64,000 nt of DNA from an uncultured Hymenobacter sp. GTDB taxonomy: Bacteria > Bacteroidota > Bacteroidia > Cytophagales > Hymenobacteraceae. The notes below the pieces were generated by a model. That model was given only the letters and a program-made list of their open reading frames with translations. It searched no databases and was not told where the DNA came from. Both the position numbers and the translations under genes were made by a program. The DNA lies in NCBI GenBank assembly GCA_913776615.1, contig CAJYPK010000053.1, forward strand, positions 9,778 to 73,777, written 5' to 3'. Of the stretch, positions 10,301 through 18,448 are shown one piece after another. Within the stretch, counting starts at the first letter, position 1. Every line of letters starts with the position of its first letter.

Positions 10301-12383
10301 CGCCGCTGGTGTGCGAGGCCGAGTTCACCATGTTGCCCAGCAGGCTGATGGTGCTGTTGTTGTCGTTGAGTACGCCGTTGAGCAGGCTCAGGGTGCCCGC
10401 CACGGTGTAGTTGGGTACGTCGCCCGTCGAGGTGGTGCCAGCCAGCACGAGCGTACCCGCCGATTTATCTACTACCCAGTTATTGAACGTATTGGTGCCA
10501 GTCGTGGCGCCGATGATGCCATTGTTAACCAGCTGTTGATTCTGCCCGCCGCTGAAGGTGGTCGTATTGGCATTGGGTAAGTACGTACTGCCCGGCCCGA
10601 TGGTGAGGGTACCCTGGATGGTTAAGCCCTGGGCGTTGGCATCGAAGGTCGCCGCCGTCGTCGCCGCCGAGGTAGCCAGCGAGAGGTTCGGGAAGGCATC
10701 AATAGTAAAGTTATTGAGTACCGTCAGGGGCTGGGCCGTGCTGGTGTAGGAGCCGGCGGCAAAGTCGGTAGACACCGCGATCCCCGTCAGCAGCGCCTTG
10801 CTGCTGCCCGTCGCACTGGTTTTGGTAATGTTGAGGTTCCACAGCGGGGAGGTCGTCAGAATCGCCGCGTTGGTGTTCGAGGCGGGGAGCACGACGTTGA
10901 CGGTCCCCCCGGTGATGATGACGTTGTTGGGGTTGACCCCGATGTGAAACATGCCGGCCGCATTAGCCGGGTTTTCCACCTGAATGGTCCCGCCCGTCAT
11001 GCGAAACGACTGGGTAAGCAGCGGAATGGAGAAGCGGGCGTAGTCGGTGTTGCGCGGGGCCGAGCTGGTGCCGCGGCAGCAAAACAACCCTCCGGTAATA
11101 ATGAAAGACCCCCGGTGAATCGACGACGTATTGGATGGCCGGAAGCGGTCCACGTACGTTTCCCCGCCCTCAATCAGAATCTGCCCATCTTCCCGCACGA
11201 CCATTGCGTCGGGCGTCAGGTTGTTGTAGCGCCCGCTGCTGATGCGGAACATGCCGTACACGGCCGTACCGTTGGCGTTGTTGTTGGTCAGCGTAGCCCC
11301 ATCAATCCACAGGGTCGGATTGGTCGTAGACGAGCCGATCGTAAAGCCAGTGCCCGCATCACTGCCGTTGTGAATCTGCGGCAGGATGATATTATTGCCG
11401 AGCTTGGCGATGCCGTTGATCAGGTTCAGGCGGTCGATGCCGTCGGCGGTGTTGAGCAGGCGCAGATTGCTGGCCGAAGCTCCACCCTGGGCCACGGTAG
11501 CGGTAACGTTGAGGAGCACCTGGCCGTCAATCCCCTTATTGAGCTGCAACACGCTCAAATCAGTCGGGCCGTTGCAGGCAAAATTGGCGTCGGTATTACC
11601 CGTGAAGTTCAGCAGGGCGTTTTGCGACTGCGAGTTGTACAGGTCTACTATCCCGTTGTTGATAAAGCTGCCGCCCGCGTTCAGCGTGTGCAGGGCATTG
11701 GCATTGGTTACGCCCAGCGTCGTGGCCCCGCCCACGTTGATATCGCCCAGCACGGTTAGCGTCCGCGCAGTGGCGGCTTTACCCAGGTTGAAATTGACCA
11801 GGGGGGTGGCCGAGGTGGGGGTAGTCGTGGTCAGCGTCAGGTTGCCGGCCAGCGTCAGGTTGTTGTCGAGCTGCGCCGTGTAGGCGGTAGTGGAGCTGTT
11901 GAGCAGGCGCAGGTTGTTGTACTGTCCCGACCGGGGGTTGGGCAGGGTAGCCGTAGTGCCCCAGTTGTAAAACTCCACCGTGCCGGTGTTGGCATCATCG
12001 AAGTTGTTGCTGCCCGCCACGATGTCGGGGAAATAAGCTGCCCCGATGCGCAACGTGCCCTGCCCCGACAGGCTGCTGAGCTGGGCAAACGGCGTCGTGC
12101 TCGTTTGTAGGTCGAGCGACCCACCCCGCTGGATGGTAATCTTAAGCCCAGTGGCCGCGACCGCGCTGTTCACCGTTACGACGTAGCTGTTGGTTACTAC
12201 CACGTTGTCGTTGTTGGTGGGCACGCGCGACGCTACCCGCGTCGAGCCGGTGGGGTCGGTAGTCCAGGTGCTGGCGCTGCTCCAGTTGCCGGTGGTACCG
12301 CCCCCGTTAAACGTATACAAGGTTTGGCCTACCGCCACACTGCTCCAAAAAACAGCCAATAATCCAAGTACGAATACTTTCAT
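4386..12383 (-). CDS. Giant (~2665 aa) T9SS-secreted beta-rich surface protein/adhesin with type A CTD
   Basis: Likely start MKVFVLGLLAVFWSSVAVGQ (ATG 12383, signal peptide). Thr/Gly/Asn-rich LTLxxG repeats. PLPVQLLSFTA...WATASEKN...YYRLRQVDLDG...VYPNP...YFITWQ...TTKLAVE CTD. Confidence 0.9.
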   Translation of the reverse strand: MKVFVLGLLAVFWSSVAVGQTLYTFNGGGTTGNWSSASTWTTDPTGSTRVASRVPTNNDNVVVTNSYVVTVNSAVAATGLKITIQRGGSLDLQTSTTPFAQLSSLSGQGTLRIGAAYFPDIVAGSNNFDDANTGTVEFYNWGTTATLPNPRSGQYNNLRLLNSSTTAYTAQLDNNLTLAGNLTLTTTTPTSATPLVNFNLGKAATARTLTVLGDINVGGATTLGVTNANALHTLNAGGSFINNGIVDLYNSQSQNALLNFTGNTDANFACNGPTDLSVLQLNKGIDGQVLLNVTATVAQGGASASNLRLLNTADGIDRLNLINGIAKLGNNIILPQIHNGSDAGTGFTIGSSTTNPTLWIDGATLTNNNANGTAVYGMFRISSGRYNNLTPDAMVVREDGQILIEGGETYVDRFRPSNTSSIHRGSFIITGGLFCCRGTSSAPRNTDYARFSIPLLTQSFRMTGGTIQVENPANAAGMFHIGVNPNNVIITGGTVNVVLPASNTNAAILTTSPLWNLNITKTSATGSSKALLTGIAVSTDFAAGSYTSTAQPLTVLNNFTIDAFPNLSLATSAATTAATFDANAQGLTIQGTLTIGPGSTYLPNANTTTFSGGQNQQLVNNGIIGATTGTNTFNNWVVDKSAGTLVLAGTTSTGDVPNYTVAGTLSLLNGVLNDNNSTISLLGNMVNSASHTSGGGTGSITLAGSTNQVISGNDFGVFGNLNINSKVATGGVAATFTANMSVARTLTFQTSNILAIGTNRLWLTNVDASTAIVSSNGFSNSSFIQTAGNQSDLGLQKTYGGTDSFVFPVGTGTKYTPATITLSRVTADGRYGQVSVSPVNTRNPFVTNGTAGSLAYYWKVRSANFGTIQTGTISLRFTMVNADASGTLTSYVPGRYLPVAWTPQYTNTGLLTRSTPTSIINFNNLTQFEGEYTAGLPAAFGTVTAYYSRTNGAWADKNTWSTADFGGAAASGIPGANNPVFIGSVSKGFYHTVNVAANSANAGSLVIDRGSVMDVGTTTGHNFGALPDAKIGGSGRLRVSASGATAVFPGGDFGSFLQENGGTVEYYTTGTTNFTIPTTSTTTVPNSSGGNTTITLGLNSYKNLWVDAGNSRTVTMPNLALRVFSQFKTGTSGGNGIVLLNNNLRADSLIAVQTGTLRYPNGTARTLTADTDVRIDAGAFFDVSSAGTAVANALTIGGSLTNNGTLDFNLGSGRIANLTFLGSQAANFTGSATTLTDLYTLTLNKGVGQDATLNMDVAGTLTTPTSNWLTLTNGTLRYAKTAGTQLLTIHDANSAYLIPDNAALTIDAPGATVTVATNATAPATNTSSAADLKLAGKLQVLSGTFNVGTTGVIGNDLEYASAGRPTLIIGAAGNLYVNGQIRRTTANTNGSLRFDQSGGTVEIRGARAEVYQSNERGLFEVQGPGSIFRMSGGTLALRGTNTRPTITADLYLRPDSTVVTGGTVILGNKVSGNITVSVESQVPLYDMQVENGLNNTSANIGLLTGLSSLNLKGSLTIGNDNSYFNANGLPLNIDQHLYNNNSSTNTGLSGVGSGGGFWPSTTTQTTTFTGKGLAVQQITSTTTGNLTVFGSLVMNNAQAGGTLQLGRNVRVAGTLNIAKGTLADNGQTLTSLGNIINSATHTSGSGGSISLLGSTNQSIDGNGLGKFGNLTLNNSAGATTLANQEITGTLALTNGVLDIGSNLLNISNTSTNAITGTFASSNFIRTNGIVADLGVRKSYASGTANFTFPIGVGATAKYTPVTMNVTANSAPGTITVQPIDLAHPSTTDPANKELTLYWKVRSTGFRNPTVTHVFKYVDNDINGTEANYRLGRFLNGAWTPQGGIATIAITDAAANTLTNLNVSYFDGDYTGGESSEFGAVPTFYSRNSTAGLAAGASWNNPAAWTNNADGSDPSGSFTAYPTLANPVVIRSGHLINAATTGNEAASLQLLGTVNLGTSTANNFNTVTGTGTVRIGSALFPAGNYSAFMDPTGGTIDYNAAGQVQLPARDTYNNLSFSGGNTNLLSNLDLTINGTLSVAAGTTVTNPTNQSITLTSASSGATLNGTFNLNDGPLTTGAFLNNGGTLTLGAGQVNIGTNFTNGGTLSNGSGAVTVGGAFTNTGTYDASVSTGTLTVGAGFTNNGTYTAGTGSLSIGGDFSNAAGQSFLANTGSVLVAGAFTNAGSYSVADGVNGNLLRVVGNFTNLVNASFSAATSNLVLRGHFTNSAGLGFDAGQGLVQFINDENRQLIGTTTFYNVQKVGARALSLGATTNVTVSNVLTLSNGFIVTGTTNLLSLTNTATQPIVGTSTGAYVAGRLAITMPTAASIRVFPVGLGGRYRPVTLQTEGTSSQAQPIVAEIFNSAPTGRLDGLSNISANRYYRIQRLSTAGTLAPISVQLSFNTDVEDEKVTVPGNLRVAQSSGNAGPWTSTEGSGVFSPASPRGYTTSASFFTTLDGNSFFALASTNKAENPLTGDAPLPTPLPVQLLSFTAARQGAVVRTAWATASEKNTSHFVVQRSTDNSTFSDVQRVAAQGTSQLRHDYAVVDAQPLPGTSYYRLRQVDLDGTVAYSPVVTVRFAAELTAPALAVYPNPTAGQRFQVAATGLTTAGGTVRLHDNVGRLVLTQTLPTGAAEATIQPAQPLAHGLYFITWQTADGQQLTTKLAVE

Positions 12384-12836
12384 TAAAAAAGGATTTAGGT
12401 AGAAAAGGAAACTAAAGCAATTTTGGGATTTTGTATAAAAACAGACACACCCCATCAATCAACAAAGTTCGCTCACATGAAGGAAGGATAAAAAGCTAAC
12501 CAGATAAATGGCTGTAAAATCCTTATTTCGTCTACTTTACGGTTCCTTTACTTCAATAAATGCAAAAATTACCAGGATTATTATTGTCTCGGTTTGTATG
12601 ATTTTTCCAACAAAAATTATTGCCCGCTGAGCTGCGTGCTAATTGTTCAGGTTATTATTATGCAAGCGTCCAGCTTCCCTTATTCCTATCCTGAAGTGGT
12701 TTGAGGCTGTGGGTAGGTATCCAGCCCCCGGCTGGCTAGCCGCTAAACCTTAGGCCGCGCCTACTCCGTATGCAGGAGGCCTGGCCGGCGTTAGCTGGCT
12801 TTATTTTTCCGCCATCCTCTTTTCCGTAAGGTCCTC

Positions 12837-13214
12837 ATGGCTAAGAAACCCACCAAGCCCAAGCAAAAACCAGCCGAGCCGGAGAAGAAGGCTCGCGTTC
12901 ACAAGGAGTTGGAAGGCTTCGAAATCGGAGTTAACCCGCTGGGCGAAATCACGTCCAACTACTCTATCGAGCAAATCAACCAGTTTCTGGGCCGGCACGT
13001 GCGCGACAAGAAAATTGTGCATCGCGAGGGCCAGTTCGGCGAAGAAGCCCAGGCCCGCACCGCCGCCGAAGAGGCTCGCCTGGCCCGCCTAGACGAGGCC
13101 AATTTCCCCATTGCCGAAGGCAGCGACGACGAGCCCGAGGAAACCGACGAGGACTTCATGAAACGCACCAGCCGCGAAGCCAAGCGCAAAAAAGAGCAGG
13201 ATGAGGAGCTGTGA
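12837..13214 (+). CDS. Hypothetical charged protein
   Basis: 125-aa ATG ORF with host-like codon use and an ordered-looking core RVHKELEGFEIGVNPLGEITSNYSIEQINQFL. Confidence 0.75.
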   Translation: MAKKPTKPKQKPAEPEKKARVHKELEGFEIGVNPLGEITSNYSIEQINQFLGRHVRDKKIVHREGQFGEEAQARTAAEEARLARLDEANFPIAEGSDDEPEETDEDFMKRTSREAKRKKEQDEEL

Positions 13215-13310
13215 GATGGTGAGTGGTGAAATGGTGAGATAGTGAAATGGTGAGTAGTATTAACATTAATACCACTCATCATCTCACCACTCACTATTTC
13301 ACCACTTCAC
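13211..13310. repeat. Tandem 7-8-mer (gtgaratr) arrays in inverted orientation around a palindromic core, filling a convergent intergenic gap
   Basis: Left: gtgagatg gtgagtg gtgaaatg gtgagata gtgaaatg. Core: tgagtagtattaa-ca-ttaataccactca. Right: atctcacc actcac tatttcac cacttcac. Confidence 0.8.
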
Positions 13311-13768
13311 AGATTCTGAATACGTTGGGTGTGCACGAGCCGACCGTTTTGGTAGGTCTCAATTTTTTGCAGGGCCCCGCTGTCCGAGTAGTTCAGCCAC
13401 TCGCCAAACCAATAGAAGTGCAGGCCGTCGGGCTCATTGGTCACGCGGGCTTGGCCCTGGCGCGCCACTTGGCCGTTGGAGTGGTAATAGGTAAGGTCGC
13501 TGAGGCCATGGCGACGGTGGTGTTCCTGCCGCACCAGGCTACCCAGCGGTGTGTAATAGTACCAGCGCCCTATGGCCTGCCCGTGCCGGTAGCGCCCCCG
13601 CGTGAGAGGCTTGGTATGCGCTTCGTCGTAGTAGAGATTCCAGCGCCCCACGGGATCGCCCTGGCGGTTGAGTCGGTTGGTGTGCCAGAAGCCCCGGGGG
13701 CCGTCGGACAGGCGCGGTGCGCAGGCGGTGGCCAGCGCCGTAAGCAGGGCAAAAGACAGAATGCGCAT
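13307..13768 (-). CDS. Lipoprotein with MORN-variant repeats (YwqK-like)
   Basis: MRILSFALLTALATAC lipobox. Repeats GRWNLYYDE, GRWYYYTPLG, TYYHSNGQVARQG, GEWLNYSDSG. Confidence 0.8.
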   Translation of the reverse strand: MRILSFALLTALATACAPRLSDGPRGFWHTNRLNRQGDPVGRWNLYYDEAHTKPLTRGRYRHGQAIGRWYYYTPLGSLVRQEHHRRHGLSDLTYYHSNGQVARQGQARVTNEPDGLHFYWFGEWLNYSDSGALQKIETYQNGRLVHTQRIQNL

Positions 13769-13851
13769 AGGCAAGGCGGAGGGCTTGCTTAGGCAACGAC
13801 GGCGAAGTCGCCGCCGTTCCGCCGGGTTGGTTGGAAGCTCGGGCCTGACGC

Positions 13852-13859
13852 TACATTTG
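13852..13859 (+). promoter_or_regulatory. Bacteroidota -7 promoter element
   Basis: TACATTTG matches TAnnTTTG, 24 nt upstream of GTG 13884. Confidence 0.7.
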
Positions 13860-13883
13860 CGCCTCACCTTATTTCTCTTTCCC

Positions 13884-14666
13884 GTGCGCTCCCACGACGT
13901 TGACTACCGCATTCTCGGCTCCGACATTCAGGTGCTCGAAGTAGAGCTGGACCCCCAGGAAACCGTTATTGCCGAGGCTGGTGCCATGGTGTACATGGAC
14001 GAGGCCATTGCCTTTGAGACCAAGATGGGCGATGGCTCCTCGCCCGATCAAAGCATCCTGGGCAAGCTGTTCTCGGCTGGTACTCGGCTCATTACCGGTG
14101 AGAGTCTGTTTCTCACTCACTTCACGCACCGCGGCGGCTATGGTAAGAGTCGGGTAGCTTTCTCAGCGCCCTATCCCGGCACCATCATTCCGGTTGATTT
14201 AAGTACGTTGCCCCAGGGCCTGATTGTGCAGAAGGATGGCTTTCTGGCCGCCGCCCGGGGAACTCAAATCAGCCTGCATTTCAACCAAAAACTCGGGGCT
14301 GGCCTGTTTGGCGGCGAAGGCTTTATTCTGCAAAAGCTCACCGGCGACGGCAAGGCATTCATCCACGCCGGTGGCACTATCATCGAAAAACGCCTCAACA
14401 ACGAACTGCTGCGCGTCGATACTGGTTGCATCGTAGCTTTCGAGCCGGGTATCGACTTTAGCGTGGCCCGCGCCGGGGGGCTCAAATCCATGATATTCGG
14501 GGGCGAAGGCCTGCTGCTGGCTACGCTGCGAGGTACCGGCCGCGTCTGGATTCAGTCCATGCCCGTCAAGAAACTCATTCAGGCGCTTGCTCCCTGGGGC
14601 GGCAATGCCAAAAAAGAGAGCGGCACGGCCCTCGGTGGTATCTTCGGCAGCCTGCTTGATGAATAG
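13884..14666 (+). CDS. AIM24 / TIGR00266 family protein
   Basis: GTG start gives (M)RSHDVDYRILGSDIQVLEVELDPQETVIAEAGAM. Motifs GESLF, GLFGGEGFILQKLTG, FGGEGL...GRVWIQSMP. Confidence 0.9.
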   Translation: MRSHDVDYRILGSDIQVLEVELDPQETVIAEAGAMVYMDEAIAFETKMGDGSSPDQSILGKLFSAGTRLITGESLFLTHFTHRGGYGKSRVAFSAPYPGTIIPVDLSTLPQGLIVQKDGFLAAARGTQISLHFNQKLGAGLFGGEGFILQKLTGDGKAFIHAGGTIIEKRLNNELLRVDTGCIVAFEPGIDFSVARAGGLKSMIFGGEGLLLATLRGTGRVWIQSMPVKKLIQALAPWGGNAKKESGTALGGIFGSLLDE

Positions 14667-14674
14667 GGGGTAGC

Positions 14675-14878
14675 TTACTGTGCGCCGCCCGTCAGGTGGT
14701 AAGCTACTACGCCCAGGGTCACGACCAGCGCTACGACCAGTAGCCCTACCAAGGTAAGCGTGCGTCGCGAGGAAGCTCCAACTGCGTCCAGTTGCTTAGC
14801 GCCGTTGAATGACGAGCGGCGGTAGGAACGAGACGACGAGGATGAGCGACGCGAAGAGCTAAGGTGAGGTGAGGCCAT
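14675..14878 (-). CDS. Small single-pass membrane protein (Ser/Arg-rich N-terminus)
   Basis: 67-aa ORF MASPHLSSSRRSSSSSRSYRRSS...LTLVGLLVVALVVTLGVVAYHL, with a TAAGTTTG promoter element on the minus strand at 14933-14940. Confidence 0.6.
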   Translation of the reverse strand: MASPHLSSSRRSSSSSRSYRRSSFNGAKQLDAVGASSRRTLTLVGLLVVALVVTLGVVAYHLTGGAQ

Positions 14879-15109
14879 CGGGCAGAAGCAAATTCTGAAG
14901 GAAAAGGGCAGAAACTCGGTGGAATGAATAGGCAAACTTACGGATTAACTACTTAAATAGATTCAAGATAAGTCGTAAGGCCTTGTTTACGCGCTCAGTA
15001 TGCGTTTTTTGCGGGTGAGCAGTAAATAATCCTTAGAGTAGGTAGCACGTACTGATGAACGATCTGGACGCGCTGGTTGGTTCATCGCGGCTCATCTCCC
15101 ACCTGTCGC

Positions 15110-16024
15110 ATGCACATTGCTTTTGCGCCCAACTACCTTTTGCCCCTGCCCGAAGGCCACCGGTTTCCCATGCTGAAGTATGAGCTACTGCCCGAGCAGC
15201 TGCTTTATGAAGGTACCGCGACAGCCAGCGATTTTTTTGTGCCTACTCCACCGCCCCTGGCCGATGTCTTGCTTACGCACGAGGCCGACTATGTCTATCG
15301 CCTGCTCCACGGGCAGCTCACCCGCCAGGAGGAGCGGGCCAGCGGCTTCCCGTGGAGCCCCGCCCTGGCCGACCGCGAGCTGACGTTGCTCGGGGGCACC
15401 ATCGGCTGCGCGCAGCGGGTGCTGGCCGGCGGGGGCGTGGCCCTCAACATCGCGGGTGGTACGCACCATGCCTTCGCCGGGCGGCCCGAGGGCTTTTGCC
15501 TGCTCAACGACCAGGCGGTGGCGGCCAACTGGCTGCTGGCCCACGAGCCGGCGCGGGTGCGTCAGATTCTCATCATCGACCTCGACGTGCACCAAGGCAA
15601 CGGCACAGCGGCACTCTTTCAGCACGAGCCGCGCGTATTCACCTTCTCCATGCACGGCGCCCGCAATTTCCCCGGCCGTAAAGAAGCGTCGGACCTCGAC
15701 CTGCCGCTGCCCGACGGCCTCGGCGATGCCGACTACCTGGCCCGGCTGACCGAGGTGCTGCCCCGCCTGCTGGATGGCGAGCTATGCCAGCCCGATTTCG
15801 TTTTCTACCTCAGCGGCGTGGATGTGCTGGCTACCGACAAGCTCGGCTACCTGGCCCTCACCCGCGAGGGCTGCCGCCGTCGCGACGAGCTGGTGCTCAG
15901 CGCCTGCCACCGGCGTGGCCTGCCCGTGGTAGTGTGCATGGGCGGCGGCTACTCCGAAAAAATCAGCGATATCGTAGAAGCCCACGCCAACACTTACCGC
16001 GTGGCCGCCGGCCTGTGGGACTAA
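15110..16024 (+). CDS. Histone deacetylase superfamily protein (class IV-like)
   Basis: HRFPMLKY, NIAGGTHHA, GFCLLND, IDLDVHQGNGT and GVDVLATD metal-binding and catalytic motifs. Confidence 0.93.
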   Translation: MHIAFAPNYLLPLPEGHRFPMLKYELLPEQLLYEGTATASDFFVPTPPPLADVLLTHEADYVYRLLHGQLTRQEERASGFPWSPALADRELTLLGGTIGCAQRVLAGGGVALNIAGGTHHAFAGRPEGFCLLNDQAVAANWLLAHEPARVRQILIIDLDVHQGNGTAALFQHEPRVFTFSMHGARNFPGRKEASDLDLPLPDGLGDADYLARLTEVLPRLLDGELCQPDFVFYLSGVDVLATDKLGYLALTREGCRRRDELVLSACHRRGLPVVVCMGGGYSEKISDIVEAHANTYRVAAGLWD

Positions 16025-16027
16025 TGC

Positions 16028-16063
16028 AAACCGCCCCTCGCCAGGGTAGGCGAGGGGCGGTTT
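16028..16063. terminator. Bidirectional terminator
   Basis: aaaccgcccctcgcc / ggcgaggggcggttt perfect arms between convergent genes. Confidence 0.85.
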
Positions 16064-16169
16064 TGTAGAAGTCGGGTTGGTAGCACCGTGCTCTTTACTA
16101 CGGTAGTAATAAGGAGCGCGGGCCGAGCGGTACCAGTTTCTGATAAGGCTTAGCTGGCTGCCAAGGCCA

Positions 16170-16436
16170 CTAGTAAGTGGTGCGGTTCGAGGGGCGGTTC
16201 GGGTCGTCCGACGTGCCGCTGAAAGTCTTCGAGAACCAGTCCTTAATCTCGTCGATAGCGTGACCGGTTTTTTCCTGCAAGCGGCCAAACCACTCATCCT
16301 GCTTGCCTTCGTCGTAAGTCAGGTCGTCGTCGGTGAGCTGACCCCACTTCTGCTTGGCGGCTCCTTTAATTTGGTCCCAGTTGCCGCGAGCGCGCAGCTC
16401 GGTGCTGTCGTTGATGTGATCGTTGTTGAGGTCCAT
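16170..16436 (-). CDS. csbD: CsbD family general stress protein
   Basis: RGNWDQIKGAAKQKWGQLTDDDL...GRLQEKTG signature. Confidence 0.9.
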   Translation of the reverse strand: MDLNNDHINDSTELRARGNWDQIKGAAKQKWGQLTDDDLTYDEGKQDEWFGRLQEKTGHAIDEIKDWFSKTFSGTSDDPNRPSNRTTY

Positions 16437-16576
16437 GAGTGAAAAAGCGTGAAAGGGTGGATTCTACTGGCTTGTACGGCAAGGATAAGCTGGAGGTTAG
16501 GACGGCTAAACTTTCATTTGTGGCCGGCGCGCCCGCAACTTCGCCTTGGGCTGGCCCACCCCGTATTATCCCACTC

Positions 16577-18127
16577 ATGGACGACCTGCGCCTGACGCTC
16601 CAAACCTTATCGCCCGACGATCGCCGCGACCTGGCGCTGTTTATTCAGTGGCAGCGTCGCCGTGCCGCCGGCCGCCAGGATCTGCGCCTGCTGGAGCTGC
16701 TGTTGTGTTCTACGGAGTACAAGACCGAAGAGCTCATCGCCAAGCTCTACCCCGGCGAGCCCAACCCGGGGGCGTACTATACCCTGCGTAAGCGCCTGTT
16801 GCGGCAACTTGCTGATTTTCTGCTGCTGCGCCAGCGACAGCACGATGCCACGGCTGCCACGCCCGTGCGCGGGCAGCTCAGTCTGGCCCAGTATCTCTTC
16901 GACGCCGGGGTGCCGCGCCTGGCCTGGGCCATGCTGCGCAAGGCCGAAAAGCTGGCCCTCGACAACGAGCAGTATGAGCCACTGAATGCCGTCTACAACG
17001 TGCAGATTCAGTACGCCGGCTCGCCCTACGCCGAGCCGCTGGCCGCCATCATCGAGCGCCGCCACCGCAATAAGAAAGCTGCCGACGAGGAGGAGCGGGC
17101 CGGCATCGCCGATGCGCTGCTACGCGAGCGCCTGCGCCAGGCACGCTTGCACGGCCGGGGTGCCGTACCGGTCGATGAGCTGGTGCGCAACGTGCTCGCC
17201 GAGTACGATTTGCAGGAAGCCTTTGCCCGCTCGCCCTCGTTGCTGACGCGGCTGCTCAGCATCGCCCGCAGCGCCATGCTGGTGCGCGGCGACTTTGTTA
17301 CGTTCGCGCCCTTTCTGGAGCGCTGCTACCGGCTCATGGAGCGCCGCCACGGCTTTGCGCCTGCCCACCGGGGCTATCAATTGCGGCTGCTTTACATGCT
17401 GGCCCACGCGCTGTACCGCGCCCGGCGCTTTACCGAGTCGGTGGGCTACCTCGAACAGGCGCAGGCCGTGCTGGCGGCTAGTCCGGGCCGGCAGCACGCC
17501 GAAGCCGGGCCGCGGCTCACGTTCCTGCTGGCCGCCGACTACTCCTTTCTCAACCGCAACCGCGACAGCATCCAACTACTGGAAAATGCTTTGCAGGCCC
17601 AGCCGCCGTTGCTGCCCATTGAGCAACTCACGGCTCGCTTGCAGCTTTCCTTCCACTATTTCGCCGAGGGAAATTTTACCAAGGCCAGCCAGACGCTCAT
17701 TAGCCTCGACCGCTCCGATCACTGGCTGGAGCAGCATATGGGCCTGGAGTGGCTGCTCAACCACAACATTGGCGAGCTGCTTATTCAGCTGGAACTCGGC
17801 AATACTGACGTAGCCCTGGTGCGCCTGCGCACCATCGAGCGGCGGCTGCACGAGCAGTTTCCGGCTACCGAGGCCACGGCCGGGATGCCCGCCAGGCCGC
17901 TGGGTGGCCCCTACCACGCCGTGGTGCGCTATCTCGAACTGGTAGGAGAGATTATTGACGACCCGGCCGTAGCCACCACGCCGGCCTTTGCCCAGCGGGT
18001 AGCGACCATGCCGGCTTTCTTAAATCAGGAAAAAGAAGACTTGCAGATTATCAGCTTTTTCGCCTGGCTGCGGGCGCGGGTGCTGGGCCGGCCCTACTAC
18101 GAGGTGCTGCTGCAAGTGGCGCGCTAG
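16577..18127 (+). CDS. Hypothetical all-alpha (TPR-like) protein, ~516 aa
   Basis: Long ORF from ATG 16577 (MDDLRLTLQTLSPDD...), Leu/Ala-rich helical composition, host-like codon use. Confidence 0.75.
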   Translation: MDDLRLTLQTLSPDDRRDLALFIQWQRRRAAGRQDLRLLELLLCSTEYKTEELIAKLYPGEPNPGAYYTLRKRLLRQLADFLLLRQRQHDATAATPVRGQLSLAQYLFDAGVPRLAWAMLRKAEKLALDNEQYEPLNAVYNVQIQYAGSPYAEPLAAIIERRHRNKKAADEEERAGIADALLRERLRQARLHGRGAVPVDELVRNVLAEYDLQEAFARSPSLLTRLLSIARSAMLVRGDFVTFAPFLERCYRLMERRHGFAPAHRGYQLRLLYMLAHALYRARRFTESVGYLEQAQAVLAASPGRQHAEAGPRLTFLLAADYSFLNRNRDSIQLLENALQAQPPLLPIEQLTARLQLSFHYFAEGNFTKASQTLISLDRSDHWLEQHMGLEWLLNHNIGELLIQLELGNTDVALVRLRTIERRLHEQFPATEATAGMPARPLGGPYHAVVRYLELVGEIIDDPAVATTPAFAQRVATMPAFLNQEKEDLQIISFFAWLRARVLGRPYYEVLLQVAR

Positions 18128-18321
18128 GGGCAGGGCAGGGTCAGCGGTGGTGGGTGAAAGCAATTCGCTACTAGCTGGTTTTTAAGATGCTAGCTGGTCT
18201 ATACTTTGGCCCAACGTACGGTATACACCCAGCCAACACGGTCGCCTATAAACGGCGAACCCCCGGCTGCGACAACAACCGAGGGTTCAAGAAGTGGGTG
18301 CGCTAACACCCTCTCCTAACC

Positions 18322-18441
18322 ATGCAAAGGGAACGTACGCTACGGCTACTCAAAGTGCTCGGCAAAACCATCTTGCTGGGCCTGGTGGGCGGAGCAGCGA
18401 AGGCCATTGGCCAGTTGTTGCTCACTCATTGGCTTGAGTAG
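18322..18441 (+). CDS. Unannotated 39-aa amphipathic/hydrophobic peptide (type I toxin-like candidate)
   Basis: MQRERTLRLLKVLGKTILLGLVGGAAKAIGQLLLTHWLE*. Below the ORF-track cut-off. Preceded by hairpins and followed directly by a plus-strand terminator. Confidence 0.6.
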   Translation: MQRERTLRLLKVLGKTILLGLVGGAAKAIGQLLLTHWLE

Positions 18442-18448
18442 TCGGCGG

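Noticed and set aside
2004-10580. Long opposite-strand ORFs (2004-3782 -, 5328-7394 +, 8367-10580 +)
   Set aside because: These are shadow frames of GC-rich repeat genes. They fully overlap well-supported CDSs and show no family motifs.
12563-12619. caaaaatta direct repeat (12563 and 12611) upstream of the giant gene
   Set aside because: A 9-mer of mostly A/T in an AT-rich intergenic region is expected by chance.
16470-16500. Sigma-54 promoter for csbD
   Set aside because: The minus strand has TTGC, but the -24 position reads CCAGC rather than TGGCA.
16439-16576. N-terminal extensions given by the ORF track (also 1165, 12458, 13668, 13867, 15077, 45727, 48872, 51039, 60214)
   Set aside because: Downstream ATG/GTG starts fit signal peptides, family N-termini and promoter positions better. 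The extensions run through promoter DNA.
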